This document shows positions 37,424 to 47,842 of a DNA stretch of 64,000 nucleotides, one piece after another (position 1 is the first letter of the stretch; each line of letters opens with the position of its first letter). The DNA lies in contig OZ240215.1 in the NCBI GenBank assembly GCA_965197585.1, forward strand, positions 2,368,001-2,432,000, read 5' to 3'. The notes under the pieces were generated by a model. The model was not told the DNA's origin. It was given only the letters and a program-made list of their open reading frames with translations, and did no database searches. Source of the DNA: Dehalococcoidia bacterium. Its GTDB lineage: Bacteria; Chloroflexota; Dehalococcoidia; Plut-88900. The translations under genes and the position numbers were made by a program.

Positions 37424-38221
37424 ATGACTCCAGCCACAGCCACCTACACCGAAGAAATCATCGCCGGCGCCGATCTCCAGATCCTCAAGGCCGGCTCGGG
37501 CCCTCCCCTCATCATCCTCCACGACGAGATGGGGCAGCACGCCTGGCTCCGCTACCAGCAGGCCCTGTCTGAGCATTTCGAGGTCTCGGTCCCCTCCCAC
37601 CCCGGATACGGCAAGTCGACACGACTCGACTGGATAATGACCATGCGCGACATGGCCAACTGGTACCTGCAAGCCTTCGACGATCTCGGGATTCGGGAGG
37701 CCAACGTCATCGGCCTGTCCCTTGGGGGCTGGCTTGCGGCCACCATAGCCGCCTTCTGCCCCCACCACTTCAAGAAGATGGTCCTCGTCGGGGCCGCGGG
37801 CATTAAGCCCCCCGAAGGCGAAATCTTCGACATGTTCATGGAGACGGCCTCCGACTACATCAAGTTAACAGTCACCGACCCCCTAGCCACGGAAGAGTTC
37901 CGCACAGTCTGCCCCGACACCCCCTCCCCCGAGCTTGCCGAGGCCTGGGAGGTCGCCCGAGAGCAGTCGGTGCGACTCAGCTGGCGGCCCTACATGCACG
38001 ACCCCGCCCTTCCCCACCTCCTGGGCCGCGCCGCAAGCATTCCAACTCTTCTGGTCTGGGGCGCAAAGGATGCAATCGTACCTGTCAGCGCGGGCCGGGC
38101 GTACAAAGAGGCCATACCGGGCTCCGATTTGGCCGTCATCGAGGCCTCAGGCCACCGCCCCGAGATAGAAGCCCCCGACCAGTTCCTTAAGCTGGTCCTG
38201 GACTTCTTCAAAGACAGTTAG
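37424..38221 (+). CDS. Alpha/beta-hydrolase
   Basis: 'GLSLGG' nucleophile elbow, 'WGAKD', 'SGHRP'. Confidence 0.88.
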   Translation: MTPATATYTEEIIAGADLQILKAGSGPPLIILHDEMGQHAWLRYQQALSEHFEVSVPSHPGYGKSTRLDWIMTMRDMANWYLQAFDDLGIREANVIGLSLGGWLAATIAAFCPHHFKKMVLVGAAGIKPPEGEIFDMFMETASDYIKLTVTDPLATEEFRTVCPDTPSPELAEAWEVAREQSVRLSWRPYMHDPALPHLLGRAASIPTLLVWGAKDAIVPVSAGRAYKEAIPGSDLAVIEASGHRPEIEAPDQFLKLVLDFFKDS

Positions 38222-38280
38222 TCCTATTCCCCCGTGTATAATCCCTCCCGCGGGAACGTTGCAGCGGGCAGGAGGACGCC

Positions 38281-39534
38281 ATGTTCATAGGTCACTTCAC
38301 CGAGAGACCCTACCAGGATCCCAAGTCCGGCTATTTCGGGGCTACCGGCCTGCCCATAAAGGACCTGACCCTCAGTAACGAGATCTACGACCCGGAGGTC
38401 GGCGCCGACCTCTATAACCGCTACCTCGACGAAAAAATCTACGCCGACGAAGCGGGTTTCGACGGCCTCATGCTCAACGAGCATCACTCCACCCCCTTCT
38501 GCATGGGCGGCGCCACCAACGTCGAAGCCGCTATCCTGGCCCGCATCACCAAGAACGCCAAGATCGTCCTCCTCGGCAACATCCTTCCCCTCTGGGACGA
38601 TCCCCTATGGCTGGTAGAGCAGCTTGCCATGATCGACCTCATCTCCCACGGCCGCCTAATCCCCGGATGGGTGCGTGGCACGGGGCGGGAGATGGTCTCC
38701 CACAACATCCCCCCCGCCTACAACTGGGAGCGCTTCCAGGAGGCCCACGAGTTCATCATTAAAGCCTGGACCACCTCGGGGCCCTTCCGATGGGAGGGGA
38801 AACATTACCACTATCGCTACGTGAACCCGTGGGTCAAGCCCTACCAGAAGCCCCATCCCCCCATCTGGCTCCCGGGCGTCGTGAGCCGAGACTCCCTGAT
38901 GTGGGCGGCGGAAAAACGCATACCCTACGTCATGCTCGCCACAAAGTTGGAGCCCACACGGCAGGCCTTCCAGCTTTACCACGAACGGGCCGCCGAGCTT
39001 GGCTATCAGTCGGGGCCCCAGAACATCGGCTACCTATGGAAGGTTCACGTCGACGAGACCGAAGAGCTCGCCGAGGAGGCCGCCCGCAAGTACGTTCAGG
39101 GCCCGAGCAACCCGTTCCTCGCCGGCAACGAGGGCACCACCAACCTAGCCCTCGCCTCTCTCCCCGGCATGACCTCTAGAAGGCGCGTCCTCCCCACCCG
39201 GACTGCCGCCACCAAGTACCGCGGTGGTGTAGAGAGCGTCCCCTACGAGGAGCAGATCGAGAACTACAGCATCTCCGCAGGCACCCCCAAAACCGTCCTC
39301 CCCAAGATTCGACACGTCCTCGAAACGCTGCGTCCCGGCATTGTCATCTTCTGGGACGGCGACGGCGCAATGACTCACGAAGAGCAGATGCGGAGCCTCC
39401 GTCTGATGAAGGAAGAGGTTATACCCGCGGTCCGGGAGATGGCCGCCGAGCTTGACCTCCCCGGCCCCACGGAGGTCGACCCCGCCACAGGCCAAAAGAT
39501 AGCATCCAACGGCGCTCTGGCCCACGCCGGCTAG
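38281..39534 (+). CDS. Luciferase-like (LLM) flavin-dependent monooxygenase
   Basis: 'GFDG..LNEHH', 'AMID.IS.GR', 'PYQKPHPPIW'; AGGAGG RBS. Confidence 0.88.
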   Translation: MFIGHFTERPYQDPKSGYFGATGLPIKDLTLSNEIYDPEVGADLYNRYLDEKIYADEAGFDGLMLNEHHSTPFCMGGATNVEAAILARITKNAKIVLLGNILPLWDDPLWLVEQLAMIDLISHGRLIPGWVRGTGREMVSHNIPPAYNWERFQEAHEFIIKAWTTSGPFRWEGKHYHYRYVNPWVKPYQKPHPPIWLPGVVSRDSLMWAAEKRIPYVMLATKLEPTRQAFQLYHERAAELGYQSGPQNIGYLWKVHVDETEELAEEAARKYVQGPSNPFLAGNEGTTNLALASLPGMTSRRRVLPTRTAATKYRGGVESVPYEEQIENYSISAGTPKTVLPKIRHVLETLRPGIVIFWDGDGAMTHEEQMRSLRLMKEEVIPAVREMAAELDLPGPTEVDPATGQKIASNGALAHAG

Positions 39535-39580
39535 TCTACCCTGCTCTCAGGAGTCCCGAACGAAGCCCCACCCTCTAACG

Positions 39581-39652
39581 GTCATTCCTGCGGAGGTCGC
39601 AGATGCGCCTGTGGCGTGCAGGCCGCAGGTGCGCCGGGGCGTGAATCCATCC
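39581..39652. repeat. REP-like element related to the 1455-1975 cluster
   Basis: GTCATTCCTG...GAATCCATCC ends around an internal hairpin insert. Confidence 0.45.
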
Positions 39653-39704
39653 CTCGCCTAAAGGAGCGAAGAACTAGGGGGTTAGTTGGGGAATTTAACC
39701 CCCC

Positions 39705-40565
39705 TCACACAATCGCCAGCGGGTTCCACGGCGATCCCGAAGCACCCGTCATCCGCAATGGCGCACCTATGAACAGGAACTCGTAGACCCTGTCTCGCGC
39801 CAGCTCCTCCAGATCCAGGCTCTCCATCAGGTAAATCCCCAGGTCCCGCAGCGCGTACCTATGTAGAGGCGCCGAGCTATATGTGGGGGGCTTCGCCTCA
39901 ACCGTCGGGTGGTCGGCCCCCAGGGCGCAGATGTCCCGCTCCATAAGCCACGGCTTCAGGCTTCCGTCCGGCCCCGGGAATTGGGAACTCCATAGTGCCC
40001 CGTCCCTTTCGAAGAGGGTGTACCAACCCGTGCGCACCAACACGATGTCTCCCGTCTCGATGCTCACGCCCTGGGCCTTGGCCGCCCCGTCCAGGTCCTC
40101 ACCAGTGACCGTGTACTCCGGCCCGATGTGCTCGATTCTCATGTAGGCCGGCAGGTCAAGCATGATCCCCCGCCCCACCATGTGCCGCACGTTCTCTATT
40201 CCGTTTTTCCCGACTCCCCGGCTTGTAATCTCGCTTTCCGGGTGGCCGTTGTACATCTCGGCCTCGGCCCAGACGTGTCCCAGGGCGTCGATGTGCGTCC
40301 CGGAGTGGACCTCCATAGTAACCATGTCATCCACAAAGCTGATCTCCGGGTTATCCATGTGCCAGAAGTGGTGAGTCTTCCAGGTCTTGTGGAAATCCGG
40401 GAGCTGGGGCCCGTCCCGCTCTAGTGGCACTGCGAGGCTGTATATCTTGGCCCTTTTGACCAGTTGGAAGGCCTTAAGCATCCTTTCCGAGGTTAGCAGA
40501 TTCAGAGCCCCTAACTGGTCCTCGTGACCCCATCTGCCCCAGTTGTTCCCACCACTCTCAGCCAT
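39705..40565 (-). CDS. Cyclase family (kynurenine formamidase-like) metal-dependent hydrolase
   Basis: 'NWGRWG..DQLG.LN', 'HSGTHIDAL.H', 'GDIVLVRTG', 'GASGSP.NP.A'. Confidence 0.88.
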   Translation of the reverse strand: MAESGGNNWGRWGHEDQLGALNLLTSERMLKAFQLVKRAKIYSLAVPLERDGPQLPDFHKTWKTHHFWHMDNPEISFVDDMVTMEVHSGTHIDALGHVWAEAEMYNGHPESEITSRGVGKNGIENVRHMVGRGIMLDLPAYMRIEHIGPEYTVTGEDLDGAAKAQGVSIETGDIVLVRTGWYTLFERDGALWSSQFPGPDGSLKPWLMERDICALGADHPTVEAKPPTYSSAPLHRYALRDLGIYLMESLDLEELARDRVYEFLFIGAPLRMTGASGSPWNPLAIV

Positions 40566-40612
40566 CGTAGCCTCCTAATTTTTATGACAAGCCTCGAACC
40601 TTTTACCCCATG

Positions 40613-40657
40613 ATGATAAAGCCGCCCCGAGCGTCGTGCTCGGGGCGGCTTTATCAT
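40613..40657 (-). terminator. Long perfect hairpin downstream of hisIE
   Basis: ATGATAAAGCCGCCCCGAGC/GCTCGGGGCGGCTTTATCAT. Confidence 0.7.
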
Positions 40658-40675
40658 GCAATCTGTTGGAAGGGC

Positions 40676-41287
40676 CTACTTCTGTCTTCCCCGTAACTCT
40701 TCAAAGACCTGTTCTGGGGTTGCGTCTACGGAGGCCAGCAGGACCAGAGTGTGGAACCAGAGATCGGCTACCTCGCTTACCGTACGCTCACGCCCTTCAT
40801 CCAGGGCCGCAATAACCGCCTCTCCAGCCTCCTCAACCACCTTCTTGCCGATCTTGCGGGGCCCCTTCTTAAGGAGTTTGGAAACGTAGCTGCCCTTGGG
40901 TTTGTCCCGCTTCCTCTGCTCTATCATCTGAAAGAGTTCGGCCAACATATCTCCCTGCGTCCGCTCGAACTCAGGAGTCTCGTCCGGAAGCTCTTCAAAG
41001 AAACAGCTCGTCTCGCCTGTGTGGCAGGCCGGGCCCGTGGGCTCCGCCGCAATGAGTAAAGCGTCGCCGTCGCAGTCAACACTGATGCTGCGCACGTTCA
41101 GGTAGTTGCCCGAAGTCTCACCTTTGTGCCATAGCTCCTGGCGGCTCCGGCTGTAGAACCACACCTGCCCCGATGCCCGAGTCTTCTCCAGCGACTCTTG
41201 ATTCATGTAGGCAAGGGTCAGCACTCGCCCCGTGTCGGCGTCCTGCACTATCGCGGGCACCAGCCCCTTGTCGTCAAGCTTGATCAT
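40676..41287 (-). CDS. hisIE: Bifunctional phosphoribosyl-AMP cyclohydrolase / phosphoribosyl-ATP diphosphatase
   Basis: '[15 protein letters not shown]', 'DCDGD', 'ACHTG..SCF', 'KKVVEEAGE', 'ADLWFH'. Confidence 0.95.
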   Translation of the reverse strand: MIKLDDKGLVPAIVQDADTGRVLTLAYMNQESLEKTRASGQVWFYSRSRQELWHKGETSGNYLNVRSISVDCDGDALLIAAEPTGPACHTGETSCFFEELPDETPEFERTQGDMLAELFQMIEQRKRDKPKGSYVSKLLKKGPRKIGKKVVEEAGEAVIAALDEGRERTVSEVADLWFHTLVLLASVDATPEQVFEELRGRQK

Positions 41288-42107
41288 CCACTGATTCCTC
41301 CTGCACAGCAGGTCTGCTGGGCACTCCTCGCACCGTCAAGTACTCTTTTGCCTGGGCTATGGTATAGGTCCCATAGTGGAAGATACTGGCTGCCAGTGCC
41401 GCGTCCGCCTTGCCGTCTACCAAGGCGTCGTGCAGGTGGGCCAAATTGCCCGCTCCTCCACTGGCTATCAGAGGCACCGGCACCGACTCCGAAATAAGCC
41501 GGTTCAGCTCCAGGTCGTAGCCCGTCTGCTGGCCGTCGGCGTCCATACTGGTTACCAGCAGTTCGCCCGCGCCCAGCTCCGCAACTCTGGCCGCCCACTT
41601 CAAGGCATCGATGCCCGTGGGCCGCCTCCCTCCGTGGGTATAAACCTCCCACTTGGACCCGGGCCCCAAGCCCAGGTCGTCTTCCCGTTCAGGGCGGGCT
41701 CCGTCTATCCGCTTTGCGTCAATCGCCGCCACTATGCACTGGCTCCCGAATGCCCGTGCGCCCTCCTCAATGATCGTTGGGTCCAACACTCCCGCCGTGT
41801 TGACCGCCGTCTTGTCGGCTCCAGCGTCCAAGATGCGGCGCATGTCCTCCGTCGTCCTGATGCCGCCACCCACGGTCAGAGGTATGAACACCTGCTCCGA
41901 CACTCTGTTCACGACGTCGATCATGATGTTCCGCTCGTCGGAGCTTGCCGTGATGTCCAGGAAGACCAGTTCGTCGGCGCCCTCGGCATAATAGAAGGCC
42001 GCCATCTCCGCCGGGTCTCCGGCGTCCTGGAGATTAACGAAGCTTACGCCCTTGACGACCCGCCCCCGGTCTACGTCCAGGCAAGGGATTATGCGCTTGG
42101 TAAGCAT
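41274..42107 (-). CDS. hisF: Imidazole glycerol phosphate synthase cyclase subunit
   Basis: '[14 protein letters not shown]', '[10 protein letters not shown]', 'VGGGI', 'ASGGAG', 'AASIFH'. Confidence 0.97.
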   Translation of the reverse strand: MLTKRIIPCLDVDRGRVVKGVSFVNLQDAGDPAEMAAFYYAEGADELVFLDITASSDERNIMIDVVNRVSEQVFIPLTVGGGIRTTEDMRRILDAGADKTAVNTAGVLDPTIIEEGARAFGSQCIVAAIDAKRIDGARPEREDDLGLGPGSKWEVYTHGGRRPTGIDALKWAARVAELGAGELLVTSMDADGQQTGYDLELNRLISESVPVPLIASGGAGNLAHLHDALVDGKADAALAASIFHYGTYTIAQAKEYLTVRGVPSRPAVQEESVDDQA

Positions 42108-42117
42108 GGGGGTTGCG

Positions 42118-43140
42118 TTAGGCGGGGACGCCGGAGAGGCAACGTATGACCTGGTCGGTAAATTCGGTCGTTGACGCCGAGCCGCCTTGGTCGGGTGTGA
42201 GACAGCCGCCGTCCAGGTAGGTGTCCTGGATGGCGCTCTCGATCCGTTCGGCGATCACATCTTCGCCCAAGTGTCTCATCATCATGGCCGAGGTCAGTAT
42301 AAATGCGGTGGGATTGGCTAGTCCCTTGCCCGCTCCTTCCGGCCAGCTACCGTGCGTCGCCTCGAACACCGCACAATTCTCCCCCAGGTTCGCCCCCGGC
42401 ACCAGACCCAGTCCTCCGACCAGTCCCGCCGCCAAGTCCGAGATGATGTCCCCGTACAGGTTCTCCATCACCAGCACATCGAACCGGTCCGGGTGCAGCA
42501 CCAAGTGCTGGCAGGCCGCATCCACGATCATCTCCGTGTATTCGATTTGCGGGAACTCCTTGGCCACTCCCCGGCAGCAGTCCAGGAAAAGTCCGTCGGA
42601 GAGCTTCATTATGTTCGCCTTGTGCACCGCGGTCACCAGCTTACGGCCGTGGGCCTCGGCATATTCGAATGCGAATCGGGCTATGCGGGTCGACGCCGCT
42701 CTTGTAATCACTTTTACGCTCTGGACAATACCGGGTACTACTTCGTGCTCCACGCCTGCGTAAAGGTCCTCTGTATTCTCTCGTACTACCACCAGATCGA
42801 CATCCTGATACAGGCTTTGTGCACCGGGCAGGCTCTTGACAGGCCTCAGGCAGGCATAGAGGTCCAGGCTCTTCCTCAGCGTAACATTGAGGCTCGGGTA
42901 GCCCTCGGCGCTGGGTGTGGTCACGGGACCCTTCAGGGCCACGCCGTTCTTCTGCACGGACGCCAGGGCTTTGCCCGGAAGAAGTACGCCGTACTGCTCC
43001 CTCGCCGCCACCCCAATCTCTTGCCTGTCCCACTCAATACACGCCCCTGCCGCCTCCAGCACCCGCACCGCCGCCGCCGCCACCTCTGGCCCGATCCCAT
43101 CCCCTTCGATAAGGGTGACGTTATGTGTTTTCTCACTCAT
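42118..43140 (-). CDS. Isocitrate/isopropylmalate dehydrogenase family protein (NAD-IDH-like)
   Basis: 'GDGIGPEV', 'RENTEDLY', 'HKANIMK', 'NLYGDIISD', 'FEATHGS'. Confidence 0.9.
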   Translation of the reverse strand: MSEKTHNVTLIEGDGIGPEVAAAAVRVLEAAGACIEWDRQEIGVAAREQYGVLLPGKALASVQKNGVALKGPVTTPSAEGYPSLNVTLRKSLDLYACLRPVKSLPGAQSLYQDVDLVVVRENTEDLYAGVEHEVVPGIVQSVKVITRAASTRIARFAFEYAEAHGRKLVTAVHKANIMKLSDGLFLDCCRGVAKEFPQIEYTEMIVDAACQHLVLHPDRFDVLVMENLYGDIISDLAAGLVGGLGLVPGANLGENCAVFEATHGSWPEGAGKGLANPTAFILTSAMMMRHLGEDVIAERIESAIQDTYLDGGCLTPDQGGSASTTEFTDQVIRCLSGVPA

Positions 43141-43252
43141 TAAGCACATTATCAGCCCACTGGCAGGGGGATTCAATGGGCACTGCAATCTTGCACATCA
43201 ACTTCGCATACTTAGGGGTGCCAAGGACTCAAATCAGCATTACAATTACCTC

Positions 43253-44092
43253 ATGATCATCGACTTCCACGCCCACATATTCCCCGGCAGCGTCAGAACC
43301 AACCGAACTCCCTACCTCGAACGTGACGCCACATTCTCCCACCTCTACTCCGACCCCAAGGCCCGGCTCAGTTCCGCCGAGGAGCTCGTCAAAAAAATGG
43401 ACCGGGACGGCATAGACGTCGCCGTGACCCTTGGCATGGGCTGGAAGGTCCACGACTTCGCCGTGGAGGCTAACGACTACATCCTTGAGTCCGCCAGGGC
43501 TTTTCCCGACCGCCTCATCCCCTTTTGCACCGTCAACCCTGCCCTCGGCGATGTCGCGGTCGCAGAGATAGAAAGGTGCGCCGACCTCGGGGCCCGAGGC
43601 ATCGGAGAACTCCACTCTTACGCCCAAGGCTACCGGCTGGATGACGAACGGGTCATGGCCCCCATTATGGAAGTCGCCATTGCCCGAGACCTCATCGTAC
43701 TCACTCACTCCTCGGAACCCGTGGGGCACATATATGCAGGCAAGGGCACCGTCACCCCGGACGAGCTCTCCCGCTTCATCGAAATGTTCCCCGAGGCCAA
43801 GATCGTCTGTGCCCACTGGGGCGGAGGTCTCCCCTTCTATGCCCTCATGCCAGAGGTCTCCGAGGCCATGCGCAACGTCTACTTCGACTCCGCCGCTTCA
43901 CCCTTCCTCTACACTCCAGAAGTCTTCTCCAACGCCGTCAACCTCGTCGGACCTAACAAGATCCTCTTCGGCACCGACTACCCTCTAATCAGCCACAAGA
44001 GACTGCTCGCCCAGGTCGAAACCCAAGCCCTTGCCCCCAAGACCAAGGCCGCCGTCCTAGGGGGCAACGCACGCAAGCTGCTGGGGATTTAG
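43253..44092 (+). CDS. Amidohydrolase_2 family protein
   Basis: 'IIDFHAH', 'GIGELH', 'AHWGGG', 'FGTDYP', 'GGNARKLL'. Confidence 0.88.
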   Translation: MIIDFHAHIFPGSVRTNRTPYLERDATFSHLYSDPKARLSSAEELVKKMDRDGIDVAVTLGMGWKVHDFAVEANDYILESARAFPDRLIPFCTVNPALGDVAVAEIERCADLGARGIGELHSYAQGYRLDDERVMAPIMEVAIARDLIVLTHSSEPVGHIYAGKGTVTPDELSRFIEMFPEAKIVCAHWGGGLPFYALMPEVSEAMRNVYFDSAASPFLYTPEVFSNAVNLVGPNKILFGTDYPLISHKRLLAQVETQALAPKTKAAVLGGNARKLLGI

Positions 44093-44124
44093 CCGTCAAG
44101 ATTGAGCAAAGAGGAATCGATACA

Positions 44125-44622
44125 GTGAATGAACCGGATGAATTCAAGGCGCTGGACACCTACTACGAGACTGCCAATGCACACTTTGACCGTTTGAACG
44201 GATACTTCGATCAAATAGACACGAAAGCTGGCATTCTGGTGGCGATTTTAGCAGGAGTGCCTATCGCTACGCTGGGTTTCGCGTTCCGATTAGGTAAAGG
44301 CGAATTGGATGTAGCCGCGCCTGTTCTCGGTGGCGCGGGGCTGGTAGCTTTCCTGATCGCTGGATTTCGATTGGTCAAAGCCGTGTGGGTTAGAGACGTC
44401 AGCTTCGGCGTCCCACAAAATGAGTTGCGCAAGTAAGCCTGGGACTACGAAAACGATACGCTAAAGGAATGGGTTGCGGACCTATTGGTCAAGTCTTCAG
44501 AACACAACTATGCAGTAATGCAGACTAAACTGAAGCACCTCCAAGCCGTGTTTCCGTTTCTAGTCCTCGAGGTGCTCCTTTTCTTGGCAGCAAGCGCCTA
44601 CCTGCTTTTCAACAAGCTATAG
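44125..44622 (+). pseudogene. ~165-aa membrane protein interrupted by an in-frame TAA at 44434-44436
   Basis: After TAA the same frame continues AWDYENDTLKEW...LQAVFPFLVLEVLLFLAASAYLLFNKL to TAG at 44620-44622; three hydrophobic segments. Confidence 0.6.
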
Positions 44623-44748
44623 ACCTCTCTTACCCCAAAGAGGCTCTCCCGGCGGCGGCTTCTTCGGAAGGGTCTCGGATTGCGTTGCCTGCTTGTCCGG
44701 TACTGACTTCTGTGTCATTTCCGTGGATTTTGAAGTTGATTCACCCAT
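44617..44748 (-). CDS. 43-aa Pro/Lys-rich small protein
   Basis: AGGAG RBS then ATG; MGESTSKSTEMTQKSVPDKQATQSETLPKKPPPGEPLWGKRGL; below the ORF-track size cutoff. Confidence 0.4.
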   Translation of the reverse strand: MGESTSKSTEMTQKSVPDKQATQSETLPKKPPPGEPLWGKRGL

Positions 44749-44831
44749 TATGCTCTCCTGGAAGGCTGACCAACGACTCTGCCCTTATTATAAGATGATT
44801 TATGAACCGTTGCAGGAATTCCACCATCCCC

Positions 44832-45365
44832 ATGAACACTCTCCCCGACTTCCTCCGCCCGGGCCTCGACCTGGTTTTCGTCGGCATAAATCCGGGAAGC
44901 TATTCCGCGGCCAAGGGGCACTACTACGCCCGGCCCGGCAACCTTTTCTGGTGGGCTCTTAGCGAATCGGGCCTGATAGACGGACCCGCTAGCCCCGACA
45001 TGGACGCCTCCCTCCTAGACCGAGGCATAGGCTTCACCGACGTCGCCAAGCGTCCATCCAACGCCGCCTCCGACCTTCCCCGCTCCGAGTTCACCACTGG
45101 CGCCTCCGTCCTGATCGAGAAGTTAAGGCACTTCCAGCCCCTGGTCGCCTGCTTCAACGGTATCACCGCCTATGCTCACTGCTTCGGTCCCAGCGCTTCC
45201 CCCGGCCCTCGCCCCGAGCGCATAGGCCGCACCCAGATCTACGTGGTCCCCTCCACCAGCCGGCGCAACGCCCACTACCAGAAGGACGACATCCTCCACT
45301 GGTTCCAGGGCCTCAAGCAATTCCTCCAACAGGTACGGGAGCAGTCCGGTGAGCCGCACCCCTAG
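44832..45365 (+). CDS. mug: G/U mismatch-specific DNA glycosylase (MUG/TDG family)
   Basis: 'LVFVGINPG..SA..GHYYA.PGNLFW', 'VVPSTS'. Confidence 0.88.
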   Translation: MNTLPDFLRPGLDLVFVGINPGSYSAAKGHYYARPGNLFWWALSESGLIDGPASPDMDASLLDRGIGFTDVAKRPSNAASDLPRSEFTTGASVLIEKLRHFQPLVACFNGITAYAHCFGPSASPGPRPERIGRTQIYVVPSTSRRNAHYQKDDILHWFQGLKQFLQQVREQSGEPHP

Positions 45366-45966
45366 AGACCCCCACCCCACCCCCGCTACGACGCGCACTT
45401 TCATCGCCATTGAGATTCCCGTTAAGGTGAAAGACCTGATTGCATCCCATGTCGAGCGATTGAAGGGCCTCGTGCCCCGAGGCGTCAAATGGGTCGACCC
45501 TCAAACCTGTCACCTAACTCTCGCATTCCTCGGCAACGTGCCCAATGACCAACTCCCCACCCTGCCCCGATTGCTCAATGCGGTAGCTGCTGACTCCCCA
45601 CCCCTCCGCCTGAAAACAGGCATGTTGGGCACATTCCCCAGTCACACTCGACCCCGTGTCCTCTGGCTCGGCCTGGATGGAGACACCCAACTCCTCTCTC
45701 GAATGCAAGGCCACTTGCAGGATGCCCTGGAGGCCGACGGTTTCCCCCGAGAACGACGAGCTTTCAATCCCCACGTCACTCTCGGCCGAGCCCGAGGCAA
45801 GGGCGCCATCCCCATTCCAGAGGCCGTCCTGAATAGACTGGCAGAAGACACGCTGGCCTTAGAAGTCCGGGAAATTGTCCTCATGTCCAGCGTCCTCACC
45901 GCTCGCGGCCCCATCCATATGCCGATTCACAGAGCCCCTCTTTCACTGGCTTCTCATATTCCTTGA
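45349..45966 (+). CDS. thpR: RNA 2',3'-cyclic phosphodiesterase (2H family)
   Basis: 'RTFIAI', two HxT motifs 'HLTLAFLG' and 'PHVTLGR', 'PRVLW'. Confidence 0.9.
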   Translation: MSRTPRDPHPTPATTRTFIAIEIPVKVKDLIASHVERLKGLVPRGVKWVDPQTCHLTLAFLGNVPNDQLPTLPRLLNAVAADSPPLRLKTGMLGTFPSHTRPRVLWLGLDGDTQLLSRMQGHLQDALEADGFPRERRAFNPHVTLGRARGKGAIPIPEAVLNRLAEDTLALEVREIVLMSSVLTARGPIHMPIHRAPLSLASHIP

Positions 45967-46082
45967 CCTCAGTCGGCCCCAATCTGTATCCAAGGTTGAC
46001 GATGGAGTGGGGAAATGTAAGATAGAAGCCATGAGTTAGGGTGGTCTGGCTACGATTGGAGAAAGATTGGGAGGAAGACGTT

Positions 46083-47450
46083 ATGCCACCGAAAAAAGCG
46101 CCGTTTCTGACTAAACCCTACAGCGGATACCTGCACAGTGAGGTGCCGGAGGACGATAGGGAGCTGACGAGGGTCGGCCCCGGCACCCCGATGGGCGAGT
46201 ACCTCCGCCGGTTCTGGCAGCCGCTCCTGCTTAGCGAGCAGATAACCGACCTGCCCGTGCCGATTACGAGGTTCGATGAAGAGCTGGTCGCCTTTCGTGA
46301 TGGGGATGGACGGGTCGGCATCGTGGAATCCCACTGCTCTCATCGCGGTACTTCACTGGAATACGGTAAGGTCGAGCAGCGAGGCATCCGATGCTGCTAT
46401 CACGGATGGCTCTACGACATAGACGGAAGGATACTCGAAACCCCCGGTGAGCCCGAGACCAGCACCCTAAAGGACCGCCTTTGCCACGGCGCCTATCCGG
46501 CCATAGAGTACGGCGGTCTGGTATTCGCCTACATGGGCCCCCCGGACGAGACTCCTGAGTTCCCCAACTTCGATATATTCAGTTCCCCCGGCTATCACCT
46601 CGAGCCCGGTGTCCACCTCAAACCTACCGATGACGGGATTATTCCCAACCCGAAGCCCTGCAACTGGCTCCAGGTTATGGACAACCTGCTGGACCCGGTC
46701 CACGAGGAGTTCCTCCACGCGACTATTTCCGGTATCCAGTTCGTGGACAAGAGCGGCGCCCCGATTAAAGAATTGGCCATCAACGGGGAACTCGGTTTCG
46801 TAGAGACCCCGACGGGGGTCATTACCATGGACGTGCGCCGCGTCAGCCCCGAAACCGTGTGGGTGCGAAACATCGAATTCCTCTGGCCCAACTTGGGATG
46901 CCTGGGCGCCCCGCCTACGCTTCCCTACGAGTGGGGCCCTGATGAACAGGAGTTCCACGACCTTCCCACCACACTTATGTGGGCCGTTCCCGTGGACGAC
47001 TACAACTGCGTGGAGATCGACTTCTACCTGGTGCCCGACGGAGCAAAGGTGCCACCCGAAAGACGGTTCTCCCTGGCCCAGCGCGCCAACCGCGGAGGCC
47101 GTGAGTACGATGACATGCAGCGAGGCCCGGGTGACTTCGAGGCCATGATCAGCCAAAGGCCCATCGCCGTGCATGCAATGGAGCACCTGGGAGCCGAAGA
47201 CCGGGGGGTAACCATGTACCGCAAGGGCCTCAGGCGGCGGGTGCGGATGCTGAAGAAAGAAGAGTCACCACCTGAGATAGCGGTCATGGCAGGCAAGATG
47301 GTGAACACCTTCGGCGGCGACACACTGCTCCGCGTCCCGGAGGCGGAGGACAGGGCCAAGGACAAGAAACTGCTCAAGCAATTGGGTATCGAGATGGCGG
47401 AGCGGTACTTGAGAGAGCTTCCCAACCATCCGGGGAACGGGACATCTTAG
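46083..47450 (+). CDS. Rieske non-heme iron oxygenase alpha subunit (phthalate 4,5-dioxygenase-like)
   Basis: 'VGPGTPMG..LRRFWQP', 'CSHRG', 'CCYHGW', 'CNWLQ..N..DPVH..FLH', 'EHLG..D.G'. Confidence 0.9.
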   Translation: MPPKKAPFLTKPYSGYLHSEVPEDDRELTRVGPGTPMGEYLRRFWQPLLLSEQITDLPVPITRFDEELVAFRDGDGRVGIVESHCSHRGTSLEYGKVEQRGIRCCYHGWLYDIDGRILETPGEPETSTLKDRLCHGAYPAIEYGGLVFAYMGPPDETPEFPNFDIFSSPGYHLEPGVHLKPTDDGIIPNPKPCNWLQVMDNLLDPVHEEFLHATISGIQFVDKSGAPIKELAINGELGFVETPTGVITMDVRRVSPETVWVRNIEFLWPNLGCLGAPPTLPYEWGPDEQEFHDLPTTLMWAVPVDDYNCVEIDFYLVPDGAKVPPERRFSLAQRANRGGREYDDMQRGPGDFEAMISQRPIAVHAMEHLGAEDRGVTMYRKGLRRRVRMLKKEESPPEIAVMAGKMVNTFGGDTLLRVPEAEDRAKDKKLLKQLGIEMAERYLRELPNHPGNGTS

Positions 47451-47452
47451 GG

Positions 47453-47752
47453 ATGACCCAGCTCCACCAACTGGTTTCGGACATGCCTCTTCCTCCAGGA
47501 TTTCACCTGGAGGAAGAGTTGGAAGCACGCGGCATGAGTCAAAAAGAACTCGCAGCAAGGATGCAAAGGCCGCCCCAAGTAATAAACGAGATAATCAAAG
47601 CTAAGAAGTCGATTACCCCGGAGACTGCAATCGGACTGGAGAAGGCACTGGGCATCGACGCCCATTTCTGGTCCAACCTCGAATCCAGTTACCGTTTGGC
47701 GCTTGCTCGGAATCGTGATAAAGAAACACATTCGGCTGTGGCCAACGGATAA
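47453..47752 (+). CDS. HigA-family antitoxin / XRE HTH protein
   Basis: 'PPG..L.EELEARGMSQ.ELA.RM', 'INEII.AK.SIT.ETA..LE', 'FW.NL'. Confidence 0.85.
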   Translation: MTQLHQLVSDMPLPPGFHLEEELEARGMSQKELAARMQRPPQVINEIIKAKKSITPETAIGLEKALGIDAHFWSNLESSYRLALARNRDKETHSAVANG

Positions 47753-47842
47753 TGGTTCCCGCCTTTGTCTTTCATGCAGAAAGTGATTATTATTACAATC
47801 GCTTTTCTAGGGCCCATCGTGACCACCAAGGAGGAGTTCTAA

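Noticed and set aside
44434-44436. Programmed stop-codon read-through
   Set aside because: The stop is TAA, not the TGA/TAG used for Sec/Pyl; a nonsense mutation or sequencing error is more likely
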